DNA of 42,482 bases from Octopus bimaculoides (lineage: Eukaryota), in contig NC_068987.1 of the NCBI RefSeq assembly GCF_001194135.2, forward strand, positions 43,952,205 through 43,994,686. Reading direction: 5' to 3'. The notes beneath the pieces are model-generated. The model saw only the letters and a program-made list of their open reading frames with translations. It made no database searches and was not told where the DNA came from. Below are positions 21,508 to 34,344 of this stretch, piece after piece. The translations under genes and the position numbers were made by a program. Numbering within the stretch: the first letter of the stretch is position 1; each line of letters begins with the position of its first letter.

Positions 21508-24228
21508 AGGATTAGGAAAATGAAACAGTTGAGGAGAGAAAAGAACAGCCTAAGAAAGCAATGGAAATGTGCTGAGGAAGACGAAAAACCTGGCCACGCG
21601 CAGCTGTACAGAGATTTAAAAAGGAAATGCCGTTATGTGCAACGGCATATCCGCTGATATAAGCGAAGACAGGAAAACAAAAGGACTCGGGAACAGTTTC
21701 AGAAGAACCCATACGGGGTTACTAAGAAGCTGTTCCCTGAACCGAAGAGTGGAACTTAATCGTGTACAAAAGAAGAATTGGATGCTCATATCAAACCTAC
21801 AGTGATCCAAACCATAACCAGCTACTGCCACCTATAAATAGGATAAAGCATCTCTCAGAACCTGATATTGAATTTCAAATTGAGGATATCAGGGAGAAAG
21901 AGGTGAATGATTTTGTGAGAAAAGCTAGAGCAAAGAGTGCCCCAGGAGGTGATGGCGTCTCATATAAAGTTTATAAATATTGCAATCGTCTACGAACGAA
22001 GCTCTTTGTCCTGCTCCGACAGCTGTGACGCGAAGAGACTCTAATAGAGGATTGGCAGAAGGTATATACCTGCCGAAGGAGGCCAATGCAGAAACTATAA
22101 AACAGTTTAGGCCGATATCCTTATTGAATGTGGAAGGTAAGATCTTTATGAGAATTCTCTCAAGGAGAACAGTAGCGTATCTACAGAGTAATGGATATGT
22201 TGATGAATCTGTTCAGAAGGCCGGAATCCTTGGGATCGCTAGATGCGTTCAACGCATTGTTTTTCGATTTTGAAAGCGATGCATGATGTCAAACAGAACA
22301 AAACAAGTCTGAACGTGGTATGGCTTGAGAGCCATGGACTACTTCCACATTCCGGTGAAAGCAACAAGATTAATGAGGGTATATTATGACTGTTTCAAGA
22401 TGAGGTTTACAGCTGGAAATTCTACAACAGGTTGGCACCGATTGGAGATTGGCATTGCTGCTGGCTGCACAATATCACGTGGTTTATCCTAGTCATGAGG
22501 ATGATTTTGAAAGTAGCGGTTTTTTCGGAACAAATCGCCTATGTACAATCATCTAAGAAAGCCTTCATGGATGACGGGGCACTCTGCACGACAGACAAGC
22601 AAATCATGCAGAGTGCCCTCTCTTGAGGCTCGATGAGCTTGTGAAGTGGTCAAGGACGTGTTTTAGGGCAAGAAGTCGCGTAGTTTGACATTTATTAAGG
22701 GAGTGCAAAAAGAAGTTCAGTTTAAAATAGCTGAAGAAAGCATTCCAACGGTGAAGAAAGAACCCGTTAAGAGCTTGGGGCGTGTATACGCTGGAACATT
22801 GGAGTCGCAGGATGCAAATTATGAAACAAGCCGAGGATCGATTAACAGCAATTGATTGTTCAAAGCTACCAGGTAAATATAAAATATGGTATTTACAGTT
22901 CGACTTGTATCCACGCCTTTCGTGGCCACTTCTAATATACAAGGCAGCACTGTCACGAGAACAAAAGTGTAATGTATTCATTAGAAAGTGGCTAGGCCTA
23001 CTTTGGATATTAAACAGTTCAGCTCTCTATCGTAAAATCGGCTCGTTGCAGTTACCACTGGCGTCAATAGTCGAAATTTATAAACTAAGGAAGGTACGAA
23101 CGGTGAGTATGCCGAGAGAGTTGAAGGATATAGAAATCAAGCGTAATCCACCAGATGTAAAAACAACCAAGAAGTGGAAAGCAGAAGCAGAGACTGATGA
23201 CATCCTGTCTTCACTTACACACCGAGATATGGTGGGTACAACGCAAATTCATCGGAAGGGTCTTGATTCGGTGCAGACCGTTTGCAAGCATGATGCGGAG
23301 CGAACGTAGATCTGTTGTTAGCAAGGGAAACAGAGAGAAGACAGCTTCATTTGATCCAATGCGCTCAACAAGGACAGATGACGAAATGGGAGGAACACGT
23401 TGTTGAGAGAAAAATAAGTTGGAATGAGATATGGAGGTGGACTACATCACGGTTAAGTTTTCTGATTCGTTTACCCTACGATATCTGCCATCGCCTACAA
23501 ATCTAGTAAGATGGAACGTCTGAGAAAATGATATATGCAGATTCGGAAAAATCGGAACACTGAAACATATTTCAAACTGTTCACCAGCATTGAATAGATA
23601 TATATGAAGACACAATCTGGTCCCTAAGGTTTTATCTTCAATGCTATAAAGAGCTAAATTGCTCTCATCAACAGTGTCAAAGAAACCATTGAAAGAAACA
23701 ACCAGAGATTTCGTTACGTTCGTGCGCTCAGGACAGCAGATCCGTTTCAAGAAGAAACTTTCTGTGAGCAATGAAAAGGGAAACGGTTTATGGGAGATGG
23801 CTGCAGATTTACCAGGGTACCAAGGATTCTTTCCCGTCCCAGTTATGATGAAAGCGGGTATCATAATATAGTGTGAAAGAAAGAAAGTGGTATATCTAGT
23901 CGAGTTAACGGTTCCTCATGAAGATAACATGGACACCGCTCGGGCTCGAAAGATTGACCGTTATGTAAACCTCCTCGAGGAATGTGAAGACGCGGGCTGG
24001 AAAGCGGAGCATTTTCCAATCGAAGTCAGGTGTAGAGGATTCGTTGGACAGTGTGAGGTGACTATTGTTATCGTTAGGTCTAACCTATCGTAAAGTAAAT
24101 ACCACCACGAGTGATATCCAGACTACAGTTGAAAAGGCTAGCCACTGGATTTGGTGAAAAAGAGACGATGGGCGATAATTAGAACAATATTGAGCTATAT
24201 CTGATGACCAGTCGATCTAACATGCGAT
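21508..24228 (+). mobile_element. HERO/NeSL-group RLE non-LTR retrotransposon, 5'-truncated and frameshifted
   Basis: FQKNPYG..KKL, KSAPGGDGVSYKVYK, FRPISLLNVEGKIF, VQKAGI, GIAAGCTIS, AFMDD, YPRLSWPL, CAQQGQMTKWE, ELTVPHEDNMDTARARKIDRY, PIEVRCRGFVG, VEKASHWIW. (TATG)n tail from ~24229. Confidence 0.9.
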
Positions 24229-24312
24229 GTATGTATGTATGTATGTATGAGTAAGTTGACACAAACAGGCAAAATACAACTTAAAATATGAATATTTGCA
24301 TATTTTTTATTA

Positions 24313-24401
24313 ATATTTAGCAGAAGCAAGAGTGACTCAAGGTTCGAGAGTGCCAACAAACGAAAAACTCGGACCTTGAGTCGCTCTGTTTCTTCGGCTA
24401 A

Positions 24402-24405
<4 letters not shown>
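24313..24405. repeat. Imperfect ~37-bp inverted repeat with a 19-nt spacer
   Basis: ATATTTAGCAGAAGCAAGAGTGACTCAAGGTTCGAG versus the reverse complement of 24368-24405, ATATTTAGCCGAAGAAACAGAGCGACTCAAGGTCCGAG. Confidence 0.75.
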
Positions 24406-24450
<45 letters not shown>

Positions 24451-24480
24451 TGTATGTATGTATGTATGGATGGATGGATG
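24402..24480. repeat. (TA)/(TATG)/(GATG) microsatellite
   Basis: Direct reading. Confidence 0.95.
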
Positions 24481-27345
24481 TATCAGACCTTTATCCAAGC
24501 CTAGAGAATTTTTTTATGTGACTTTAGCACAATCTGCGATGCACGCGTAGATTGTGTTGGCTCGAATCCAGATAGGAGGGATAACTCATACCTCAACGAT
24601 TTGCTCAGTCGTTTCCGGCTGGCAGATTGGTATGGAATACAATTCTCTCAGACGCTCTATTGTGGATATGGTCTAATGGCAATGGGCCTTCGAGGTTTTA
24701 CTTAGATAGGTCATACTTGTTAGGCATAAAGATAAAGACTTAGCCAGATGTCCACAGTTTCACTACATCAACTACAGTGATCACAACTTTGTGACCTGTA
24801 GGCTTGACTTAGAGATTGTAGACAGAATCCCAGCTGCTGGAAACTCAACGAATGACTCTTGGACTGTGAGGAGTACAGGTATTGGATTAGACAATTAATA
24901 ATGAGGGCATTGTCCGGATCTATTATTAATAACAGTTGGTGGCATGCCCTCAAAAGAGCCATCAAGTTTGAGGCTATTAGGTTTAGCAAACAGCTAGCAA
25001 GTAGGAAAGATAGAATAGAAAAGGACCTAGTTAAGGCCCTAGAAGAGGCATTGAGGACTGGCAATGTGACCCAAGTGGTAACCGCGAGATTGGCACTCAA
25101 CCAACACCTCGAGGTTTGACATGAGGGATGCATTGTTAGAGCTAAGCTTCGTGCAATGGGACGAGAGGGAATCAGCGCTGTCGGATGGGCCTATGTGGTA
25201 GAGACCAAACATGGAGATGATTTCGCAATAAGGTCTTTGACGGATCAACATGAGCGTTCGGTAAACGAACCCGAGGAGATGTGCGTGGCATTTCACGAGT
25301 ATTTCGCCCAGCTGTTCGGGAGGGGCGGTGGGCCGGAGCGTAGGGAGGGCCTCATGGACTTCCTCACCGGGTTGCCGAGTCTCTCGAGGCGCGAGGCGGA
25401 ATGCTGTGAAGGACCGATCACAGCTGCGGAAATGGAGGAGGCTCTGTCGGACTGCGGCAGGGACAAATCACCGGAACTGGATGGTCTTCCCTACGAGCTA
25501 TTTTAAAGTATGCCAGATTTCTTTACGTACCTACTAGCATGCGTCTACACCAACTGAGAGCAGAACGGCTTTATACCTAGATCTGTGAGCCGTGGGGTTG
25601 TGGTGCTGCTTAGAAAGGACCCAAACAAGGGGTATATAGTAGATAACTTCCGTCCCATCATTCTGCTTAACGCAGAGTTGAAGATCTTGCCTAAGGCACT
25701 AGCAAAGAGGTTGGCGCGAGTCATGGGTGGACTCGTCATGGAGGCGCAAACGTGCGTCATTTCGGCAGGTCCATACAGAACAATCTCCCCTTTACACGCT
25801 ATGCCTTAGAGAGGGTTAATTGGATTCCTGGCAAGGGTGGGACTTTGGACCAATCTAAAGCTTTTGACAGGGCTGACCATCTTTTTAATGGTGTCAGTCC
25901 TCGCGGCGGGTGGATTGGCCCGGCCTCCTGTGGGTGGATCATTGCTTTGTATTGCAACATCAATTCGAACCTTCAGGTAAACGGTTTCTTCTCGAACCTG
26001 TTCTGTATCATGCGTTTGGTACGTCAAGGACTTCCCTCTCTCCCCCTTTCTGTATGTGTTGGCTCTGGAGCATTTACAGCGGAAGTTGGAGGGTATGAAG
26101 GGCGTCCCGCGCGATCTAGGTTGTGGAAGGTCGGTTACGGCGTATGCGGACAACATCACCATCATCGTGTCCGAGGTCGAACACTATCAGAGGGTAGTTC
26201 AGTACATTAAGGTTCACAAGGCAGTGTCAGGATAAAAAATTAACCGTAATAAGTCAGTCGGTTGGCAACTTGGCACCTGGAGAGGTAAGTCGATACCATC
26301 CAACAACGTCGTCGGGCGTTGGATAGAGGGTCCGGTTAAAATGCTAGGAGTTTGGTTAGATACAGACCTCCAGATAGAGAAGAATTGGGGCGAGGTGATG
26401 AGCAGGGTTACCCACCTAACTCAGACCTGGTCTGAGCGGTGGCTATCCCCGAAAAAGAGGGTGGAGGTCGCAAATGTGTTCATCGCATTTGTGGTTACCT
26501 ACCACCTAACCGTCGTGCCTTGTCGCGATTCGTTGCTGAGCAAGATGGAAGGGTTGTTCTTTCACTTTTTGTGGAAGGGCAGGGCTCCACTTGTAAGGTG
26601 CTCTATCTGCTGCCAACAGCCGCTAAAGGGTGGGCTAGGAAAACCGTAGCTAATGACGCGCAGACATGCGCTGAGGCTAAGGCATCTTTGACTCTACCTG
26701 GATGGTGAACGGGCGTGGTCTCCGTTCGTCAAACTGATTCTTCCTCGATTCACTAGTTTTGGTGAATTGGAGGCCAAATATGAGGATGATATGGGGTAAA
26801 CCCTGGGCTTCGACGAAGGTCAGTTTGCTGGTTGGTTCCGTAGGAGATTCGGACCGCGGCCTTTTGAAAAACTTCTAAAGGTCTCTGGCTTGGCAATGTT
26901 ACCGAGGAGTCTTACCAGTTCGAGATAAACTCGCTAGGCATGGTTATTCATGCCAGCCCACTTGCCCAAGAGGCGAGCGGAGCAGTGAAACTGTTCTGTA
27001 TGCGATTTTGCAGTGTCCGAAAATTTCGAAATTGTGGGTATATGTCGAACGGCTGCTGTCATGTCTGGGAAGAGCACAGCTGTCTTCCGAGTCGATTATA
27101 AAGATTGTTAAACCATCCTCCTTGATTAAAGAAAAGAATGTGTGTTTTCTCGCTGTGGTAGCGATAACAAAAGTGGTTGTTTGGTGGACACGAATGGAAA
27201 GAGTAGCGACAGGCGCCTTCATCTCCAGCCTTGGTTTGATTAACTTTTTTATTTCCCATCTTAAAGGAAAATAAAGCTGGAGAGGAGACGCTTGTCGCTC
27301 GCTATAAATAGTAAAAGATGGAACAAAGTGACGTGGACTCACCAC
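24481..27345 (+). mobile_element. L1/Tx1-like LINE ORF2 remnant (APE end, RT, C-terminus)
   Basis: YLDR, YSDHNFV (APE). KSPELDGLPYELF, FRPIILLNAELKIL.KALAKRL, LDQSKAFDR, VRQG, AYADNIT (RT). Tx1-like LGVW and ITKVVVWWTR. Internal deletion near 26.8-26.9 kb. Confidence 0.9.
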
Positions 27346-28221
27346 AGACCCATCTCCGCAGAGACAGTTCGCTGCCATCTTTCAATCTGACTTGCCGATG
27401 TCCGTCTAGAGGCCCCATCCTCACAGATCGTCATCGACGGGCTCGTCTGCAGTGGGCTCAAAAACGTCAGAACTAGCGATATCTGCAGTGAAGGACTGTA
27501 GTCTTCTCTAACGAAAGTGACAGATAGCAGAGCTAGGGTTTGGAGAAGAAGAGGTGAACGTCATGTCGATGGCTGTGTGGTGGAGGGGCGGGATTGCACT
27601 GAACCAGAAATTTGGACCGGTGGTCTTCCAAAACATCGGCCAAAGCCGGGGCAACGGAGTAACCGCTGATCGCTACATCGATCAAGTGGTGAAACCTCAC
27701 ATTGTGTCATACTTTGCCCGTCATCGGAATCACGTATTCCAACACGACAGCGCATGTGCCCAAACTGCCAGGTTGACAACAAACTTCCTCCAACAGCACA
27801 ACATCCAGACACTGCCACAGCCTGCCCTAAATCCAGACTTGAACCCCATAGAGCACCTTTGGGACGAAATCCAAAAAGCTAAATGACACCCATCCAAGGC
27901 CAACAACTGCGGCACAACACACTGCAAGTTTTAACAGAGTGTGGGCTGTTATCTCTATGACCTTCATCAATCGTTTGGTGCATTCAATGTACAGAAGATG
28001 CCTGGCGACAATCAACGCTAACATATTGAGTTCATCTCTTTGGATCCCGGACTCCGTCATCACGTGACACCGTGTGACGTCAAACATGTTTCAGGAAATG
28101 ATGTTTTTTCATTCGAAAAGAACGGTTTCTTAATTAGCACTCTTCAATCAATGCTATTACAGTCTGTTAATAAACCAGTTTCTATTTAGAATGTGTGCGA
28201 TGTTTCTTTTGTGATTTAGTT
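27346..28221 (+). mobile_element. DD34E Tc1 transposon, 5'-truncated
   Basis: VVFSNES, YIDQVVKPHIV, FQHDSA-x34-E (NPDLNPIEHLWDEI). Probable right TIR TGCGATGTTTCTTTTGTGATTTAGTT followed by TA. Confidence 0.9.
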
Positions 28222-28975
28222 TATATATATGCGTTCATTCTACTAAATTTGAATCTAATGAATCAACACAACAGTTTTTTTATAATATAAATGATAATTT
28301 ATTAAAATATTTCTAAACATGAAAATCAACATTTCGTAACCGAATCAATTAACTTTCTACCCAAGAACCAGATTTTGATAGACTTTAATATGCGGCTGTA
28401 CTATGGTATATCATCGGGTAATTTGTGGTATTTCTATTTAGTTTTCATACAACTTACAAACCGTTTGGCTTTCATCAAGAAAATCAGCTAAAGCTAATAT
28501 TGACTTAACACTTTTATAAAATGTGTCTTGCTTAATTCCACGATCGATAAACAATAAAAATTCCTAAAATCTTCTTTCTTCTCTCTTTTGACTCAATTGT
28601 ATATCAATAATCGAATCATAGACGCAATCTCTGGTAAGTCACGTGACCTGTCCAGGTCACTCTGACCGTATTCTCTATATTTTAGAAGGGTTAGGTTAAA
28701 CCATGGAAATATTATTATTTTTTTTTGTATAAAGAAATAGTCCGAGTCTTGAAGAGTTAATTTTTAAGCTAAGCTAATTAGCAATTCTCGTTAGAAATAA
28801 AAATTAACAATTCAAATAACAAACTCTGGCCACTATAAAGAGTTTAAACAATACTAATCATCCATTTCTGTAGGTGCCTTACTATTTGTAACTATCGATC
28901 TCTAATCTCCTCAACACTTTAACCCAAATCGCCTAAAACAAAGTACTTTTGAAATGTACTTCACTATTATTCATA

Positions 28976-29395
28976 TAAGGTGCGGCAGAAAAATTTTCCG
29001 CATTTTTTACGACTCTGTATGTGAAGCTAGGGAAGCTAAGCAAATGGTAATGCAACCTTAAGGTAGCTAATATTTTACCATTGTAAGGCGGTGAGGTAGC
29101 AAAATCTTAGCACACTAAGCAAAATGCTTAGGGGCATTTCATTCATCTGTATGTTATGAGTTCCAATGCCACCGAGGTCGACTTTACCTTTCATCCTCCG
29201 GGGTCGATAAATAAGTGTTAGTTGAGCACTGGAGTCGATGTAATCAACTTATCCCCTCTCCCAAAATTGCTGGCCTTGTGCCAAAATTTGAAATCAGTAT
29301 TTTGCCATTTTCTTTTTGATAGATACCGTTATGGATTGGAGCGGTGCATACCAAGCGTTTGCCGTTGAAATGTACATAAAAAATTATGAATCTGG
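28976..29395 (+). mobile_element. Left end of a mariner-like element with a DUF4817-like transposase start, split by a SINE
   Basis: TIR-like TAAGGTGCGGCAGAAAAA after TA. MDWSGAYQAFAVEMYIKNYES starts at 29331. A similar TIR-like string occurs at 29533-29560. Confidence 0.45.
29084..29301 (+). mobile_element. SINE family B
   Basis: AAGGCGGTGAGGTAGCAAAA...CCTTTCATCCTCCGGGGTCGATAAAT...GGCCTTGTGCCAAAATTTGAAATC. Confidence 0.9.
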
Positions 29396-29601
29396 GAGGG
29401 TTTTTTGCCGTACCATGTAGTATAGTCACAGATGCAGAAATATAAAATCCCTAGCAGACAATAATTTGACTCAACACAAAGATTTTTAATGAAGGTGCTT
29501 TCCAAGAGGTTAGTGTTTTCTGTTGCATGCAAAAGGTGCAGCAGAAACTCTTCCATATTCTATATGGCCGTTGATGTGGCGTTAGTGAAGTTAAGCAAGT
29601 G

Positions 29602-29824
29602 ATAATAATGGTTTCAAATTTTGGCACAAGGCTAGCAAGTTGGAGGAGGATACTAGCCAATTATATCGACCACAGTGATCAACTGGTATTTATTTCATCG
29701 ACCCCGAAAGGGTGAAAGACAAAGTATATCATGATAGCATTTTAACTCAGAACGTAAAGACGAATGAAATGCCGCTAAGCATTTAGCCCGGCGTGCTAAC
29801 AATTCTGCCAGCTCACCGATTTTA
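29602..29824 (-). mobile_element. SINE family B
   Basis: Reverse-complement match to the same consensus. Confidence 0.9.
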
Positions 29825-29907
29825 AGCAGGTGATAATAATGTCTTCCTGTAGTTAATGCTTTACCATGTTGTTGCAGTATAACCACTTTTGCTTGGATAT
29901 ATGCATA

Positions 29908-30873
29908 CTATGCGTTTGCTTTTGAAACGTTATCTAAAATGATAAATCTGAGTATCTTGTTACCGCTCTCTGTATAACCCTTCTTCTCTAGACACTCCAG
30001 CTCTGCAGCCTCTGATAACTGTGTTTGGTCCATGACCATTATGTACTCTAATGGACTCATGAGATCGATGCGATTGATATCGAGTTTGAAGATGGATCGG
30101 AAGAGAAACATGGTTCAGATCCTGGTTAACGTGTAGTTTAGGGATTAAAAAAAAAAAAAAAGAACTGACTGGAGTTGATAACAGTGACATCCCATAATTT
30201 CATGTAAGTAATCTATGTAACATAACCAATGATTAAAACGTTCATATAAATTATATAAGATGAAAACAATCACATTCATGCAAGGAATTATACTTTGGAA
30301 CGGTGTACTTTTAGAAACGCTTAGGCTATCACTAGAAGGTACTATATAGATAGGTATCTATGGACGTGGCATATTGAGGGAGTTCTGTTAATAAAATTAA
30401 GGTATTTCGCCAGCTCACTTGATATTCTCTTTGTGATATTAGGGAATTTCGTTGTCGTCACTTCCAGTCAATTTACTCTCATTGTTTTAAATCCTCCAAA
30501 ACTGTATGTTATCCCTGATTTCAATGCTTGAAGCAGAGTGAACTTTTTCAATGACACATTAGATGACGCAGTGGTGTTAAACAGGGCAGCATATTAGAAC
30601 ATAACTCAAAATATCAGGAGGTGAAACATCTGTGTAGTATATCTTTGTGGCATTTAAAACCGCAAAGGCCAAACACTCTACTACTACTTTAGTCAGACCT
30701 ACATTAAAACTCTTTCCAAGAACAAGAGAAAAAATAAAATTTAATAAAATACGACAAAAAATATATATAAACAATATTTTGTTCAAAACAAAATACATCT
30801 GTAGTTGTTTTATAAAGTTATATGTCTGGTTATATGTGACAATTAATATGAATAAATACGATTCAACTTCCAT
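29908..30873 (-). pseudogene. Degenerate coding remnants, tentatively TRPM-like MHR1/2 (SLOG) region
   Basis: The ORF 30577-30873 segment NFIFSLVLGKSFNVGLTKV aligns in register with the recalled TRPM motif NFxxxxxLxxxFxxGLxKV. ORF 29908-30111 has YIMVMD...LEK...KILRFIILD (compare HFILVD...LEK...KIP.VCVVLE). By-eye comparison only. Confidence 0.35.
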
Positions 30874-31442
30874 CGATTCATTTGCGTGAACTATTGAAAC
30901 AATCTGAGGTTATAACAACACTATCTTTATTCTTATTATTTCACATCAGTATATATATATACATATGCACGCGTGTATGTGTGTGTGTGGACGCACAATG
31001 TGCGACAGAAAAAGCTCCCATAGTATATTTATAATGGAATGATAAATGTGGGAATGTTTTTTGCTGCATTTGCTTATGTATGCATGAACATGTTATACAC
31101 ACGCATATGTTTTTACACACTAAAACTATATAATATATATTCCCCTCTTTATATGTTCCTTAATCGATCGATATTTTATCACACAACAAGCTGATAAACG
31201 AGCTACTTGTTTGACTTTAATTAAATAACTGCCTTCCTCAATACGTGTGTATTGCGCTATTGACGAATTATGACTAGATATGGAAATATATATATATTAC
31301 GTATTGCAAATAAGGATATTTTTCTTTATTTACGAAAGTACGGAGATAAAGTTTCCGAGGGAAAATCAATAACTAGACGTGTCGTTCTTGCTTTTTCTAA
31401 GTAATGTTGACAACGTTATATCCTACATACATCACACATACA

Positions 31443-31640
31443 TATCTTTTATCTTTTACTGGTTTCAATCATTTGACTTCAGCCATGCTGGGGCACAGCC
31501 TTGGAGGGTTTTAGTCGAACATATCGACCCTAAGTCTTATATTTTTAAAGCTTAGTAATTGTTCTTTCGGCCGCCTTTGCCGAACAGCTAAGTTACGGTG
31601 ACGTAAACACGCCAGCACCAGTTGTCAAGCGTTGGAGAGG
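31443..31640 (-). mobile_element. SINE family A tail
   Basis: ATCTTTTACTGGTTTCAATCATTTGACTTCAGCCATGCTGGGGCAC...GTTGTCAAGCG. Confidence 0.85.
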
Positions 31641-31644
31641 CATT

Positions 31645-33304
31645 TTTACTGTCAAAAACCAAAACGTATCATCTCCACCATCTCTGACATCAAATTCTAT
31701 AATAACTATGGAATTTACATATCAAATGCTGCGACGTCACCTTAAGAATAAGTGCAACTCTGCCTCTCCTGGTCTTGATGGTGTTAGGTACCTGCTTCTC
31801 AAACGTGGTGGGTACTTTCTTTTGCACCAGCTTTCACTCTTCTTTCAGTTCTGTATTAACAACGGTGCTATTTCAGAGTAGTGGAAAACTGCCAATGTCA
31901 TTCTTCTGTTCAAAAAAGGGTGACCGCGTGTCGCCTGTCAACTCTCATCCAGTCAGTCTTACTAACTGCATTGTCAAACTGATGGAATCCTGTGTCAGAG
32001 AAACACTCTGGAACTTCTGGAATTCTCACACTCTTATCCGGCCCTGGCAATTTGGATTTATCCCTAACTTCAGCTGCTGTGATCAACTTATCGAGTTTCT
32101 TGAAGACATCACCCGGGTCACTGATGGCGGCTCATGAGTGGATGTTGTTTACCTTGACTCTGCTAAAGCTTTTAATTGTGCCACACAAAAGGTTTATGGA
32201 AAAACTCTCTGCAATGAATGTGAAAGATGATCTTTTTAATTGGTTGGAATCCTTCATTCTCAGCCGAAAAGAGGTAGTCACGGTTCTAGTACAACGTTCT
32301 TCACCCTATGAGATGTCATCTGGTGTACCGCAGGGATCTGTTCTTGATCCTCTTTTGTTTGTTGCAAACATTAATGACATAGATGCCAACTTAAAGAATG
32401 CCAGAGTGCTGAAATATGCTGATGACATCAATCTGTACCTTGAGATAAAAAGAACAGATTCTGGACACTATAGATCTTATCTGCAATCGGACCGGGACAC
32501 AATGTAACAATGGATCACAGACTGGCAACTCAAGCTGACTGTGGACAAGTGTACCACCATGCATTTTGTGAGGAAAAACCCAGCGTCCACATATTCTCTC
32601 TACAACACTAATATCAAGAAGTCTTCTTGTGAACGTGACCTTGGTATTAGACAGAGGGTGTCATGGCATCATTCAGCAAGACCTTAGTCAGCCGCTCTCC
32701 AGCTATCTACTGGAATTTGCCTCACCATTTTGGAACCCCTATCTTGCTCAGGACATTGACCTCCTGGAAACTGTTCAGAGACGTGCAACCAAGCGAATAC
32801 CCTCCATCAGGCATCTACCATACTCTGAATGCCTTCCTTCCCAGGGTATAGATACATTGAAGCTCCGACGTCTGGCAACTGATTTGGTAAACACCCACCA
32901 AAATTTTTAACCATCGTGCCAACATCCACCTTGAACACCTTTTTTGAGCTCAATGTGTCTAACACACGTGAACATGCCTATAAAGTCAGAAAACAGCACA
33001 GCTCCCATGACTTTCGGAAGCATTTTTTCACACTCAGAGTTGCTGAATCATGGACCAAACTACTTGCATCAGTTGTTAGTTGCCGAGATATTGCATCCTT
33101 TAAAACTTCCATGCTTCCTGAAATTCGCCAACACTACACCTGATATTCTCCCCTCCATACGCATGCACACGTGTATATCATGACTCATACACTGTTCACT
33201 TTTCTGACTTCTGTGCATAATTCTATGTACTGTACATGTACCTTTGAGGAATTGTGGTTCACCTGAGCACTATACATAATAATTTCATTACTATTATTAT
33301 TATT
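31645..33304 (+). mobile_element. CR1/L2-group LINE, 5'-truncated RT plus 3' UTR and (ATT)n tail
   Basis: SPGLDG, WKTANVI.LFKKG, PVSLTNCIVKLMES, QFGF, SGVPQGSVLDPLLF, KYADD, LETVQRRATKRIP, RKHFFTLRV...W.KL (stop 33143). Confidence 0.9.
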
Positions 33305-33445
33305 TTTCTGTCTACCAAATCCATTTACAAGGCTTTGATCGGCCCGAGGCCGTAGCAGAATACACTTGCTGTAGTGCCACGCAGTGGGACTGAACCCGGA
33401 ACCATGTGGTTGAAAAGCAAGCTCCTTACCACTCAGCCACGCTTC
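33305..33445 (-). mobile_element. SINE family A head
   Basis: Reverse complement of the 1944 head (GGTTCCGGGTTCAGTCCCACTGCGTGGCA). Confidence 0.85.
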
Positions 33446-33524
33446 ACACACATACGCGCGCGCAAACACGCAAAACATGAATAAATAATGACTGCTTGCA
33501 AAGAAACAAGACTTGTATATGTAT

Positions 33525-33650
33525 TCTTTCTTTTATTATTCTAATAGTTTCAGCTCGAGAGCTGCGACCATGCTGGGGCAGAGTTTCAGGTGAGGTCTGA
33601 TCGAGTAGACATAGGATCAAAAGCATTCTAGCTGTGACTATGTTCTCTTT
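33525..33650 (-). mobile_element. SINE family A-like tail fragment
   Basis: TTTCAGCTCGAGAGCTGCGACCATGCTGGGGCA. Confidence 0.55.
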
Positions 33651-33917
33651 TTTTCAGAAAAAATATTTGAACTGTATAATTAAAAGTATCCTTTTCTTTT
33701 TTTAGCATGTTTACCCTTTCGTACGACACACTAAAACAAATAAAGAAATAAAAAAATTTAAACTAACTGTATGTGTGTCGATGTTTGAACACACCCATAC
33801 ATGTACGAATGTATATGCGCATACGTCACACAGACGCACACTCACACATATGAGAGAGGGGGAGGAAAAAGAAAGAAAGAACAAAGAAAAAAATTGACGT
33901 ATAAAAAATCCAAAAAG

Positions 33918-34127
33918 ATATTAATTTCAAATTTTGACACAAGGCCAGAAATTTCGAGAGAAGGGATAAGTCGATTTCATTGATCCCAGTGTTGAAGTGG
34001 TACTTAATTTATCGACCCCTGAAAGGATGAAAGGAAAAGTCGGAATTTGAATTCAGAACACGAAGACAGACGAAATGCAGCTAAGCATTTTGCCCGGCGT
34101 GCTGACGATTTTGCCAGCTCACTGTTT
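33918..34127 (-). mobile_element. SINE family B
   Basis: GACACAAGGCCAG...ATCGACCCCTGAAAGGATGAAAGG...CTAAGCATTTTGCCCGGCGTGCT. Confidence 0.9.
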
Positions 34128-34344
34128 CAACATCCAAAAATATATTCATTCAGTTAATAAGAGATCGTTAAACCCTGGTTGGCTATTAGATTGCAGTAGA
34201 TCCAAGTGAGGCCGTCTTATACGTAATCAACTGAAATAATTTTAAAGACTAGCATATTTAGAATAAAAGCAGAAAAGACATTTCACCTATAAATTCTTAC
34301 ATTTAGTTGTTGAGCACATAAAGTACTAACTGTACGTGAGATTT

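Noticed and set aside
28633-28650. GTGACCTGTCCAGGTCAC short palindrome near GGGTTAGGTTA
   Set aside because: An 8-bp stem, possibly a TE remnant, with no boundaries or context to support a call.
29992-30203. Plus-strand exon with a strong acceptor (TTCTTCTCTAG) and donor (GTAAGT)
   Set aside because: All three plus frames contain stops and it includes a poly-A run. The minus-strand reading is preferred.
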